From contig CAXXKJ010000002.1 in assembly GCA_963675295.2 (NCBI GenBank), positions 768,001 to 832,000 of the forward strand: 64,000 nt of DNA, in the 5' to 3' direction. This DNA comes from a bacterium. GTDB lineage: Bacteria; Electryoneota; Electryoneia; Electryoneales; Electryoneaceae. Numbering within the stretch: position 1 is the stretch's first letter; every line of letters starts with the position of its first letter. Of this stretch, positions 38,037 through 48,165 are shown in pieces. The notes below the pieces were generated by a model, which worked only from the letters and a program-made list of their open reading frames with translations, was not told where the DNA came from and did no database searches. The translations under genes were made by a program, and so were the position numbers.

Positions 38037-40907
38037 ATGCGATTCTCCTGTCCAGCCCAACTCCTGCCTGGATTGCTTGTCCTGTTTATTTTTCTCGTTT
38101 CAACAACCCTTAGCCGGGGTCAGGCCGTGATGTTCGGCGATGTGGTGACACTCTGTGAATCGTATGACATCAAGGGTATGGCGGTGATGGATGTGGATGC
38201 CGACAACCTCCTGGATGTGGTTGCAGCCGCGAAAGCTGAGGGTCAGATCGTCTGGTACCGCAATCTAGGCGTCGACAGTGGCTTTGGTCCGGCGACTGTT
38301 CTCACGACCTACAACGATGATGTTGTCGCGATCGAGCCGGCGGACGTGGATAACGACGGCGACCTTGACTTGTTGTATTCGCTCTATCAGCCGGGAGCAA
38401 TACTCCTGTACATCAATGCAGACGGTGCTGGCAATTTTACCGGCCCGTATATCGTGGATGATGACTGTTTGTACGTTCGGATGATTAAAATGGGTGATAT
38501 TGACGGGGATGGCGACCTCGATATCCTGGCGGCACCGTACTGGTATGAGAATATCAACGGCGCGCAAGGTCAGTTCGGCGATGCCCAGTGGATCACAGGG
38601 GCAAATGGGGGGTCAGATTTCGATATCGCAGACGTGGATCAGGATGGCGACAACGATGTCCTGATCGCCTCAACAAGCAACGATGAAATGCAGTGGTTCA
38701 AGAACGTTGATGGGTTGGGAACGTTCGATACCGGTGGGGCGTTCGCCCTCAACCAAAGCGGCGACATGTATTTCGATGTGGCGGATATTGACGGCGATGG
38801 CGATCCCGATATCGTCCTGACTGACAATTCCACCCTGAGCTACCGCGAGAACCTGTATGGAACCGGTGTCATGTGGGGAAATGAGGTCATCTATGAACAG
38901 GGCGGAACGTCATTGATCTGTGTGGATATCGATGGGGACGCAGACCTTGATCCGGTTATGACATGCAACGATCAGGTTCTCTGGTTTGAGAACCTCGACC
39001 AGACCGGTCAATTCAGCGATGTCCATGTTGCGGCAAATGACGATACGGATTTCGATCTCGTTCAGGCAGCCGACCTGGACAACGACCATGATCTGGATTT
39101 GATCACCGTCTCCACCGAGTTCGATCAAGTCATGTGGTTCGAGAACCTGGATCACTTCGGCACTTATGGCGAGCGGCAGTTTGTCAGCATCTTGACCAGC
39201 GGCGCAACATCAGTCAATTACACAGATTTGGACGGCGATTCGGACAATGATATCCTCGTCGCGTCGGCGTGGAATGATGCGATTGCGTGGTTGGAAAATC
39301 GTGACGGTCTCGGCGACTTCTCTGATCCGGTGCTGGTATCCGGCGATGTCCACATTCCCACCTGCGTGTTCAGCGCGGATCTGGATGGAGATGGCGACGA
39401 GGATGTGCTGTCTGCGTCCCGGGGTGACGACAAAATCGCGTGGTACGAAAATCTGGATGGCGCGGCCTCATTCGGTCCGCAGCAGATCTTGACCGATCAG
39501 GCGCTGTCGGCAACGGATGTGCGCGCGGCAGACTTGGACGGGGATGGGGATCTGGATGTTCTTGCTGCAGTTGGCGGCCTGCACGGGATCGGGTGGTTCG
39601 AGAACCTAGATGGAGCGGGGACTTTTGGCCCCGCCCGGGTTGTGACATTGGATCTCGCCAAGGCGACAAGCGTTTTCGCCGCCGACCTCGATGGGGACAC
39701 GGATCTCGATGTGCTTGGCACCTCCCAGGCCGACGACAAAGTGGTCTGGCTGGAAAACCTGGATGGACTGGGAAACTTTGGCAATCAACAGGAGTTGACG
39801 CACGCCATCCCGAAGGCATCCGCCGTCTGCAGCACCGACCTCGACGGGGATGGCGACATGGATGTGATCGCCACCGGTTCCGGGTACTGCCGGGTGTTTG
39901 TCTTTGTCAATCAGGATGGCGCCGGAACCTTCACCACGCATCAAGCCGGGTACCGAAATCTGGACGCGAACGCCATCACAGCAGCCGATCTGGACGGTGA
40001 CGGTGATCAGGATTTCATCGTCACGTACGAGTGGGGCGTCGCCTGGTATGAAAACCGTGACCCGGAAAACGCGTTCCTGTTCAGTCGTCATCTGGCAACG
40101 CTGTACAAGGCCAGCAGTGTGCAGGCCGGCGATCTGGACGGGGATACTGATCCAGACGTCCTTGTCGGAAACGTGCAAGGCAAAGCGGTAACATGGGTGG
40201 AAAATCTGGGCGCGCCGCCGGTATCGCTCACGGCAACCGGCACCAGCACATCGATTCCGGCATCCGGCGGGACGTTAACCTACGATGTTCACTTCACCTA
40301 TGATTTCAACCAACCGGCAACGGGATTGGACTACTGGGCTGTGGTGTATCGGCAGGAGCCGAGCTCGCATGGCAGCAGGCGAGTGTTTCAGCAGTCGTTC
40401 AACGCGACACCGGGGATGGATGTGGAGGTATCCATCACGCACGAGGTTCCCGCGACGTTTCGAAACGGGTCGTTCCTGTACTATGCCTACGTCGGATACT
40501 GGGGTAGTTCCCACTATCTGCTGGATGTGTTTCCGTTTACGAAAGGAACCGGTACCGGCAACGGAACGTTTGATCCGGAATCCTGGAGCACGACAGGCGG
40601 ATTTGCGGACATGAAAACGAGTTCCACAGCTGACCCACCAGCATCTTTTTCCGTCGGAACAGTGACTCCGAATCCGTTCAACGCGATGGCCACGGTGCAG
40701 ATTGATCTGCCGGAAGCGACTCACCTTCGGCTGGCTGTATACAATGTGCTCGGGCAACATGTCATCACCCTCATCGACCAGCAGGTTGAGCCTGGAGCAC
40801 GATCTTTCAGCATCAATGGGAGCGACATCACGGCAGGGGTCTACTTCCTTCGGGTGGAGACCTCGACGGGCTACCACGATGTCCGGAAGCTGGTATTGCT
40901 GAAATAA
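38037..40907 (+). CDS. FG-GAP/VCBS repeat protein with Ig-like stalk and T9SS sorting domain
   Basis: About 14 D.DGDGD.D...W.EN repeats; TPNPFN CTD. Confidence 0.9.
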   Translation: MRFSCPAQLLPGLLVLFIFLVSTTLSRGQAVMFGDVVTLCESYDIKGMAVMDVDADNLLDVVAAAKAEGQIVWYRNLGVDSGFGPATVLTTYNDDVVAIEPADVDNDGDLDLLYSLYQPGAILLYINADGAGNFTGPYIVDDDCLYVRMIKMGDIDGDGDLDILAAPYWYENINGAQGQFGDAQWITGANGGSDFDIADVDQDGDNDVLIASTSNDEMQWFKNVDGLGTFDTGGAFALNQSGDMYFDVADIDGDGDPDIVLTDNSTLSYRENLYGTGVMWGNEVIYEQGGTSLICVDIDGDADLDPVMTCNDQVLWFENLDQTGQFSDVHVAANDDTDFDLVQAADLDNDHDLDLITVSTEFDQVMWFENLDHFGTYGERQFVSILTSGATSVNYTDLDGDSDNDILVASAWNDAIAWLENRDGLGDFSDPVLVSGDVHIPTCVFSADLDGDGDEDVLSASRGDDKIAWYENLDGAASFGPQQILTDQALSATDVRAADLDGDGDLDVLAAVGGLHGIGWFENLDGAGTFGPARVVTLDLAKATSVFAADLDGDTDLDVLGTSQADDKVVWLENLDGLGNFGNQQELTHAIPKASAVCSTDLDGDGDMDVIATGSGYCRVFVFVNQDGAGTFTTHQAGYRNLDANAITAADLDGDGDQDFIVTYEWGVAWYENRDPENAFLFSRHLATLYKASSVQAGDLDGDTDPDVLVGNVQGKAVTWVENLGAPPVSLTATGTSTSIPASGGTLTYDVHFTYDFNQPATGLDYWAVVYRQEPSSHGSRRVFQQSFNATPGMDVEVSITHEVPATFRNGSFLYYAYVGYWGSSHYLLDVFPFTKGTGTGNGTFDPESWSTTGGFADMKTSSTADPPASFSVGTVTPNPFNAMATVQIDLPEATHLRLAVYNVLGQHVITLIDQQVEPGARSFSINGSDITAGVYFLRVETSTGYHDVRKLVLLK

Positions 40908-40971
40908 TGCGAATACGACTTGTGCCCCGGGAGACAGTGGGCACGTGTCCGATCATTCAGATGAGAAACAC

Positions 40972-40996
40972 GACCCGGGTTCGGCGAACCCGGGTC
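40972..40996. repeat. Palindrome related to the REP-like element
   Basis: GACCCGGGTTCG-G-CGAACCCGGGTC. Confidence 0.7.
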
Positions 40997-41082
40997 ATTT
41001 GCATGTGACAATTCAGCGGTCGGGAGAATTCATAGCTCCTGATCGTTGTGACACTTCCCAAGGTGAGCGGCGCTAATCCTGC

Positions 41083-41116
41083 AAAAAACAGGGATACGTA
41101 ACGGTGTACGTATCCC
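41083..41116 (-). terminator. gcvT terminator
   Basis: GGGATACGTA/TACGTATCCC stem plus A6 on + strand. Confidence 0.75.
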
Positions 41117-41165
41117 CGATAGAGTCTCTGACTCACAACTCATCACTAACTACTCACAGCTGCCG

Positions 41166-42254
41166 TCAGTACGGCCGCTTGTAGAACGGCGTTTCGACGA
41201 CACGCGCGGGTTTGCGTTTGCCACGGATATCGAGTTCGAACTTGGTGCCGACGGCGGTAAACTCCTTCGTCAGGTACGCGAGGCCGATGCCCTTGTCGAG
41301 GGACGGCGACCACGCGCCGCTGGTGACATCCCCGATCTTCGTGTCGCCCTGGTAGCATTCGTAGCCGTGACGCGGGATCGCCTTTTCTTCCACCTCAAAG
41401 CCGATCAACTTGCGGCCGAGGCCTTTTTCCTTGGCGGCGAGCACGGCTTCCCGTCCGATGAACTCTCCCTTGTTGACCTTGGTGATCCAGCCGAGGCCGG
41501 CTTCCAGCGGGTTGTGTTCGTCGTCGATGTCGTTGCCGTAGAGCGCGAATTTCATCTCGAGCCGCAGGGTGTCACGTGCGCCGAGGCCGATCGGTTCGAT
41601 GCCGAACTCGGCGCCGGCTTCCATCACGGCGTCCCAGACTGCCGGCGCGGATTCATTGTCAACGTACAGCTCGAAGCCCGCTTCGCCGGTGTAACCGGTG
41701 GCGGAGATGACCGCGCGCTGCCCGGCGACTTCGCCCTCACGGAACCAGTAGAACTTGATGTCCTCGAGGTTGGTGTCGGTGAGTTTCTGGATCACGGCGG
41801 GCGCGTTCCGGCCCTGCACCGCGAGCAGGCTCATGCGGTGGGAGGCGTCATCGATGGTGACAGTCGACGGCGCGTGCTGCTCGATCCACGCCAAGTCTTT
41901 CGCGTGGTTCGCGGCGTTGACCACGAGCATGAAACGGTCTTCGAAACGGTACACGATCAGGTCGTCGATGAAGCCGCCGTTTTCGTACAACATCGCCGAA
42001 TATTGCGCCTGGTTGATCTGCAGCTTGGCGGGGTTGTTAACGGTGATCTTGTTGATGAAATCGAGCGCGCCGTCGCCCTTGATCCAGATTTCGCCCATGT
42101 GGGAAACATCGAACACGCCCACCGATTCACGCACCTTCTGGTGTTCGGCAGTGATCGAATGGTACTGGATCGGCATGATGTAACCGGCGAACGGGACCAG
42201 CTTCGCCCCGGCGGCGACATGTTTCTCGTGCAATGCGGTTTGCTTGCCCTCCAT
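41166..42254 (-). CDS. gcvT: Glycine cleavage system aminomethyltransferase
   Basis: FDVSHMGE, DDLIVY, VVNAAN, TGYTGE.GFE, GLGARDTLRLE, G.VTSG..SPSL. Confidence 0.97.
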   Translation of the reverse strand: MEGKQTALHEKHVAAGAKLVPFAGYIMPIQYHSITAEHQKVRESVGVFDVSHMGEIWIKGDGALDFINKITVNNPAKLQINQAQYSAMLYENGGFIDDLIVYRFEDRFMLVVNAANHAKDLAWIEQHAPSTVTIDDASHRMSLLAVQGRNAPAVIQKLTDTNLEDIKFYWFREGEVAGQRAVISATGYTGEAGFELYVDNESAPAVWDAVMEAGAEFGIEPIGLGARDTLRLEMKFALYGNDIDDEHNPLEAGLGWITKVNKGEFIGREAVLAAKEKGLGRKLIGFEVEEKAIPRHGYECYQGDTKIGDVTSGAWSPSLDKGIGLAYLTKEFTAVGTKFELDIRGKRKPARVVETPFYKRPY

Positions 42255-42277
42255 GGGGCCTCCTCTAAAAGCAGTCG

Positions 42278-42373
42278 TGAGTCCTGAGTCTTGAGTCCTG
42301 AGTGAAACACCAACCCAAGACAAGGAATCAAACGGTATCGTTAAAAACAGTTATGAGTTGTGAGTTGTGAGTC
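42278..42373. repeat. Heptamer tandem repeats (TGAGTCC/TGAGTTG)
   Basis: ~4 units at 42278-42304 and ~3 units at 42354-42373. Confidence 0.75.
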
Positions 42374-42510
42374 GAAGAAAAAACTCCATATCCCGCAGAT
42401 CGAGCTCGAAAGGACTTCTGTACCAGATTTAATATCAAGGCCAATCGATACCAGATCTGAATATGAGCAATATGCTGTGAATAAAAAAGCACGCTGCTAA
42501 AACTGACTAC

Positions 42511-43041
42511 TTAATCTAAATTATTTGACTCGTAGCTTCGAATTTCATTTTTTAGACTTTCAATTTTCTCCTTATCTGCCCGTAGTTTTTGTTTTTCTTT
42601 CTCTTTTTTTCTTAAAAGCTTTAACTGTTTTTGTAACTCTTTTACTCTTTTCTTAGTTTTAATTCTTTCTAAGTCACGCGGATCTTCTCCATATTTATTA
42701 ACTCCTTTTGTTCCTGGAAAAAAAGCTACATATATTACCAATAATACGCTAATAAAAGGAACAAAACATAAATATAAAAAGTATTTGGACTTATTTAGGT
42801 CATGAAGTCTTTTAGAAAATAAACTATGAACTAATAATAAAAACATTAGAGCAATAAGTATTCGAATAATCCAAAGATAATCTCCCTCCTGTCCTATAAG
42901 CTCTGGACGCCTTATAAGTATAAAGAATATTAGATTAAACAAAAAATTTAGCGGCCAAAAGTACACATTAAAAGGAAGTCTTGATATTCTACCTTCATCT
43001 TCAAATAGGTAATAAAAGAGTTTTGAAGAAACGCTTTTCAT
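42511..43041 (-). CDS. DUF805 membrane protein with C-terminal coiled coil; strongly AT-rich
   Basis: EGRISR..F, KRLHD.NKS, PGT.G.NKYG.DP. Confidence 0.9.
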   Translation of the reverse strand: MKSVSSKLFYYLFEDEGRISRLPFNVYFWPLNFLFNLIFFILIRRPELIGQEGDYLWIIRILIALMFLLLVHSLFSKRLHDLNKSKYFLYLCFVPFISVLLVIYVAFFPGTKGVNKYGEDPRDLERIKTKKRVKELQKQLKLLRKKEKEKQKLRADKEKIESLKNEIRSYESNNLD

Positions 43042-43062
43042 GTCAAGATCCTATCCTAAGGG

Positions 43063-44010
43063 CTAAGCATAAATCAGTTTATTTACTTTCTCCACAATCT
43101 TCCACCAGCGCAACCCATACAGGTCGAGCAGTTCTTCGCTGTCGCCGGAACGGCCGTAGCGGTCTTCGACGGCAACATAGTCCATCGGTACCGGCGCATG
43201 TTTGCTGACTGTCTGCGCCACGACAGACGCGAGGCCGCCGTGCAGCTGGTGTTCTTCCGCGGTGACAATCGCCTTTGTCTCACGGGCCGCGGAAAGGATA
43301 ACCTCCGTATCCAGCGGTTTCAAGGTGCTCATGTTGATCACCCGGAGGCCAATGCCGTCCTCGGCGAGCTTGTCGTGCGCCAACAAGGCTTCCGCAACCA
43401 TGGTACCAATGGCGATGCAGGTGGCGTCGTTGCCCTCGGCCATGATCCGGGCCTTGCCGACCTCGAACGGGTCCGTTTCGGTGGTGACAATCGGCACGGA
43501 TTCGCGTCCGAAGCGGATGTACACGGGTCCGTTGATCGCGTGCGCCGCTTCCACCGCCTTGCGTGTTTCCCAGTAGTCGGCGGGGGTGAGCACGGTGTAG
43601 TTCGGCAACGCCAGCATGCACGCGAGGTCTTCCATCATCTGGTGCGTCGCGCCGTCCGGACCAACACTGAGCCCTGAGTGCGCCCCGCCGATCTTGACGT
43701 TGCACGGTGTGTAGCCGACCGTCACCCGCAGTTGATCGTACACCCGTCCGACGCCGAACGCGCTGTAGGTCACGTAAAACGTCACCTTGCCCATCAGTGA
43801 CATTCCGGCCGCGGCGTTGACCATGTGCATCTCGCTGATGCCCATCTCATAAAACCGGTCGGGCCAGCGTTCGCCGAAACGGTCGACGTTGCACGAGATC
43901 GCGTTGTCGCCAACCATCACGACCACGTCGCCGTGTTGTTCGCCGATGTCGATCAGGCCGTCGCCCCAGCCTTCACGTGTCTTTTTGCGGTCGAACGTGC
44001 GCATCGTCAT
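43063..44010 (-). CDS. Transketolase, C-terminal subunit
   Basis: GISE..M...AAG, HSG..VGPDGATHQ, GPVYIR.GR, TAEEH...GGL. Confidence 0.93.
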   Translation of the reverse strand: MTMRTFDRKKTREGWGDGLIDIGEQHGDVVVMVGDNAISCNVDRFGERWPDRFYEMGISEMHMVNAAAGMSLMGKVTFYVTYSAFGVGRVYDQLRVTVGYTPCNVKIGGAHSGLSVGPDGATHQMMEDLACMLALPNYTVLTPADYWETRKAVEAAHAINGPVYIRFGRESVPIVTTETDPFEVGKARIMAEGNDATCIAIGTMVAEALLAHDKLAEDGIGLRVINMSTLKPLDTEVILSAARETKAIVTAEEHQLHGGLASVVAQTVSKHAPVPMDYVAVEDRYGRSGDSEELLDLYGLRWWKIVEKVNKLIYA

Positions 44011-44906
44011 GCGGTCACCTCCGATCCCGCGAGACGCGCCCGCCATTCATCGTAACTGGTGCCGATTTGCATCAACGCCGTGTTCGCCTGGTCGACGGTT
44101 GGCGGTTTGCCGTGCCAACGGTAATCGTCCTCGATATCACGCCACCCTTTGCCCATGAGAGTGTGTGCGAGGATGACGGTCGGCTGTTGCGTCAGCTGGT
44201 CGGCCTCACGCAAGGCGTCCAGGATCTGGTTCATGTCATGTCCGTCGATCTCGAGCACATGCCAGTTGAACGATTCCCACTTCTCCGCCAGAGGTGCGAT
44301 GCCGATGACATCCTCGACGCGTCCGTCAATCTGCGCGCCGTTGTAGTCGACAATCGCGGTCAGGTTGTCGCAGTGGTAATGGGCTGCCGACAGCGCTGCC
44401 TCCCAGATCGAGCCCTCTTGCAATTCGCCGTCGCCGAGACAGCAGTAAATCCGCCGCGGGTGCTTGTCCAGCTTGGACGCCATCGCCACACCGATCGCGA
44501 CGCTCAGTCCCTGGCCCAATGATCCGGCGGACGCCTCGATGCCCGGTGTGTCATGCGCGGACGGATGCCCCTGCAGATTGCCCTTCAATTGCCGGAAGCC
44601 GAGCAGTTCGGAAAGCGGGAAGTAGCCTCGTTCCGCCATCACCGAGTAGATCAACGGCGAGATGTGCGCGTTGGACACATTCCAGAAGTCGCGGTCGTCG
44701 AAGGACGGGTTGCGTGGGTCGATGGTCGCGGCATGAAACAGGATCGCGGTGATGAAATCGCAGGCAGACAGCGAGCCGCCGGTGTGGCCGCTGTTCGCGT
44801 TGGCGATCATCGTCAGGATGTCACGGCGGACATCGGTCGCGATCGTACGGAGCTCGTCGGCGGGTAGCTCGAGACGGCCGGGGGCGGTTCGATCCACAGT
44901 CGGCAT
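44007..44906 (-). CDS. Transketolase, N-terminal subunit
   Basis: SGHTGGSLS, LQGHP, GSLGQGLS, GDGEL.EG..WEA, DGHD, WHGK.P. Confidence 0.93.
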   Translation of the reverse strand: MPTVDRTAPGRLELPADELRTIATDVRRDILTMIANANSGHTGGSLSACDFITAILFHAATIDPRNPSFDDRDFWNVSNAHISPLIYSVMAERGYFPLSELLGFRQLKGNLQGHPSAHDTPGIEASAGSLGQGLSVAIGVAMASKLDKHPRRIYCCLGDGELQEGSIWEAALSAAHYHCDNLTAIVDYNGAQIDGRVEDVIGIAPLAEKWESFNWHVLEIDGHDMNQILDALREADQLTQQPTVILAHTLMGKGWRDIEDDYRWHGKPPTVDQANTALMQIGTSYDEWRARLAGSEVTA

Positions 44907-45058
44907 AGCGTTGCGTTTCCATGAGTTGCGCCAGGGGTGCGCGGGAAGGTAGAGCGTGCTCGGGGGACAAGGCAACTCAGGGGCGAGAATCAGACGCAGA
45001 TCGTCCAAGCGATTGTGCAGGGAAAATCCAGCTTGCATCAGGACGTCAGTTCCGCAGA

Positions 45059-46537
45059 CTACTTCAGCAGGATGACGCGCCGGGTTTGGGTCTGGCCGTT
45101 GGCATCCAGTTGCAGGAAATAGGTACCAGATGTCAGGTTTTTCGCTGTCCAGGAATACTCATGCCTGCCAGCCGGGAAAGCGACTGGCGCGATTGGAACG
45201 TTGATCAAACGTCCCAGCACGTCAAACACGTTTGCCGATACAACCGCTGGAGCGGGCAGGGTGAACGTCAGGGTAATGGTTGAGTTAAACGGGTTGGGAT
45301 AGACGGATTCGATGGCGAAATCTGCCGGGAACACTGGGTCCGTCCCCTCATCAATGCCGGAGGGATTCATGGAGTATTTCCGCAAGACACCCTGGTAGAA
45401 CGTCTCGTCAGATCCATCAACCAAGCGTCTTCCAGACACGAGGAACTCATCTGGGCCAGCCATGAGAACGCTGCTCAGATTGGAGATACTGTCCGGTTCA
45501 ATCGTCCAATCCAGGTCACCCTCACCTGTGAACGATCCGACGGTTGGATCACCGTCCATGCTACCCACCCAGAGCAGTGGGTAAGGCGGTTCGCCGGCGG
45601 GATATGCTTCGTCCACGGATTTGATTTCGATGTCATCAAGCGGGGTAAACCACAGCAGCGCGCCGTCCGGTGTATATTTCCCGATTCCCATGTTCGAGTA
45701 GATGATGATGTTTTGGTCGTACGTACGCATCATCTTCGGTTGGCTGCGGTAGTCATATTGTGGATCTCGAAATTCGTTGGTGTAGCGATGCTCCACGACG
45801 TTGAAGTAGGAATCCAACTGGATCAGGTAGTCATTGTCCTGGATATCACCGGGGAGTCGGCCGCGGAAGTAGACGAAGATCATATTTCCTGAATAGACAA
45901 GGATATCCTTGATCGAATCGTAGCTGAATTGAACTCCGGTGAACGTCCACGGCAGGATATGTTGTTGCACGGGGTCACCATCCAGCTCGCGCTGCTGGAA
46001 CACGATGAATTCGGGATCGTAATCGTACTCGTTCTGGACGTACCCCACAATCATCTGGCCGAAAATGTCCAGAGAAGGATATGCCCTGATCGCACCCAGC
46101 CAGGCATCCTCATGCGTGGTGGAGTATGTGATCGTACCTGATGGTGAACAGTTTCCGTAATGCATGAGGCAGCCGTAAGGCTCATCGTTAATGATGAGTC
46201 CGTAAAGGCAGGATTCAGACATGGTGACGCTGATGTTGGTGAAATAATGGCCGTGATTGGGCCACACTTCACGTTCCCAAACTTGTTCGCCCTGATCATC
46301 CATGCGGCAGATGTAATTCTCAGTGATGTTGTCGTAATGCAAACCGAGCCAATGCGAGGTATCAAGAGTCATGTAAAAGCCACCACTTGGTATGCCTGCA
46401 AGCTCCGTGACGTTATAGTAATCCTCGTACTGCGGGCGGTCGGTGCCGAAGATCTGTGTCCAGACTTCGTAGGGTTGAGCAAAGGCGGCCTGTACCGGGA
46501 CAATAACGAGAAGCAGGATGGAGGCGAGCGTTTTCAT
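45059..46537 (-). CDS. T9SS cargo, putative propeller
   Basis: Signal peptide (AFA/QP..VWTQ); GIGKYTPDG.LLWFT; YPNPFN CTD. Confidence 0.85.
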   Translation of the reverse strand: MKTLASILLLVIVPVQAAFAQPYEVWTQIFGTDRPQYEDYYNVTELAGIPSGGFYMTLDTSHWLGLHYDNITENYICRMDDQGEQVWEREVWPNHGHYFTNISVTMSESCLYGLIINDEPYGCLMHYGNCSPSGTITYSTTHEDAWLGAIRAYPSLDIFGQMIVGYVQNEYDYDPEFIVFQQRELDGDPVQQHILPWTFTGVQFSYDSIKDILVYSGNMIFVYFRGRLPGDIQDNDYLIQLDSYFNVVEHRYTNEFRDPQYDYRSQPKMMRTYDQNIIIYSNMGIGKYTPDGALLWFTPLDDIEIKSVDEAYPAGEPPYPLLWVGSMDGDPTVGSFTGEGDLDWTIEPDSISNLSSVLMAGPDEFLVSGRRLVDGSDETFYQGVLRKYSMNPSGIDEGTDPVFPADFAIESVYPNPFNSTITLTFTLPAPAVVSANVFDVLGRLINVPIAPVAFPAGRHEYSWTAKNLTSGTYFLQLDANGQTQTRRVILLK

Positions 46538-46646
46538 AGGTTCACTCACATCAAATCAGCATGGGTTCAAAGCATATCCAGTAATATACGACTGCTTAGT
46601 CGAAAGATGGAAATCGCGGAACATGTTCCCTGATTCATCCAGGAAC

Positions 46647-47882
46647 TCACATCTTGTCCCCATCATACCGTTGCAGCAGTTGCATGATCAGGCCGGACAG
46701 CAGCCACAGCACCGCCGCGACGACGAGCGCGGTGATGGTGCCGAAAACGTGCATTACCAGCAACGCCAGCAGCGGCGCGAACATCCCGCGCAGACCCATC
46801 GCGGCGAGGTGGACCGCCTGGAACGAGCCGGCGTCTTCGTTGGCCGCGAAGCGCACGCTGGAGATGTTCCACAACACCGCAACCCCGCCCATCGCGACGC
46901 CGAACATGATGAAAGACGCGTACACGAACGGCAGCGCCAGCGAGTCAAACACTCCGGCGCAGATCAGTAACAGTGGAAAGATCGCCAGCAGCGAGAATAC
47001 TCGTGCGGCGAGCGTGTGCACCGGCATACGGTCGAACCAGCGTCCAAACAGCCAGATCGAGGGGATCACGACCAGCTGGTAGATCGTGCCACGCGCGAAT
47101 CCGATGGTGGTGTAGTCGAGCTGCAGTTCATCGACGAGAAACAGCGGCACCACGGGCAGGGTCGTCATGAATGCGATCCCGTAGACCATGAACCCCAGCT
47201 CGAAACGGAAAAAGTCGGGGCGATTTTTCAACAGTTGGACCATCTCAACCAGCGGCTGGGTGAAGACAGAAGTGCTGAACCGTTCGAGCCGGGCGGAACG
47301 GTCGGCGCGTGTCGGCATGGACGCGAACGCAATCGTCGAGACCATGTTGAACACGGCGGCGAAGAGGAAGACATGCCGGTAGCCGCCGGTTTCACGGTCC
47401 ATCCAGTAGCCTGCGGACACGGACACGACGGCGGCGATCGCTTCACGGATGCCGATCGAGGTGCCAAACAGTCCGCCCTGTTTGGCTTTGTCGACGTGTT
47501 GCTGCAGAATCCGGTTCTGCCCGGTGAGCTGAATGGTGAACGGCAGGTAGAAGACGATGAACACGATCAGGAGGTGGTAGACGTTGCTGACAAACGCCCC
47601 GCCGGCCAGTGCGAGGCTGCTGATAACACCCGAAATGAGAATGTAGGGCCGTTGGTCGCGTCCCTTCAGCATCCGCCCCGCCCACAAGGCGGCGAGGCTG
47701 CTGACAGGCATCACCATGGTGATCAACGTGACCCAGAGGGGATTGGCGAGCAAGTCCTTGCGTGCGATGACTTCGCCGAACCGCAGCACAGCCATGGTTG
47801 GCCCGGCGAACGATACGGCCAGCATGAAGCGTGACCGCAGGGCGTCGGTGGGGGTTCGCAGGTTGAGGTACCAGGTGCGCAT
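46647..47882 (-). CDS. MFS transporter
   Basis: About 12 hydrophobic segments; FGRWFDR loop; G.RG..APL. Confidence 0.8.
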   Translation of the reverse strand: MRTWYLNLRTPTDALRSRFMLAVSFAGPTMAVLRFGEVIARKDLLANPLWVTLITMVMPVSSLAALWAGRMLKGRDQRPYILISGVISSLALAGGAFVSNVYHLLIVFIVFYLPFTIQLTGQNRILQQHVDKAKQGGLFGTSIGIREAIAAVVSVSAGYWMDRETGGYRHVFLFAAVFNMVSTIAFASMPTRADRSARLERFSTSVFTQPLVEMVQLLKNRPDFFRFELGFMVYGIAFMTTLPVVPLFLVDELQLDYTTIGFARGTIYQLVVIPSIWLFGRWFDRMPVHTLAARVFSLLAIFPLLLICAGVFDSLALPFVYASFIMFGVAMGGVAVLWNISSVRFAANEDAGSFQAVHLAAMGLRGMFAPLLALLVMHVFGTITALVVAAVLWLLSGLIMQLLQRYDGDKM

Positions 47883-48165
47883 GGGGTGGAAGGTAAGGGT
47901 TGAAAGATTGGAACGGGGTTGGGTTCGGGAGACCACAGATGTAAAGCCTGTTTTCGAGGTATGGGCTTTGGAGCAATCATCGACACTGTCGTATACTTAT
48001 TCGAGCAAATCGATTTACTGGTTTGTGCCGGGATTCCGTAATTGTCAGGGGAGGTCGGAATTCCGCTATCAGAAGCTGGTTTGACCTATTTGCCACATCC
48101 GCAGGCCGTTCATTCAGCGTGGATCTCCCCGGGTCATTGATGTCGATCGAACGTCGAGGCGTCTC

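Noticed and set aside
42421-42463. TACCAGAT direct repeat as insertion-site duplication of the DUF805 gene
   Set aside because: Both copies lie on the same side of the gene
42255-42510. Glycine riboswitch upstream of gcvT
   Set aside because: No GGAGA...CCGAAG...CTCTCAGG aptamer pattern; the region holds heptamer repeats
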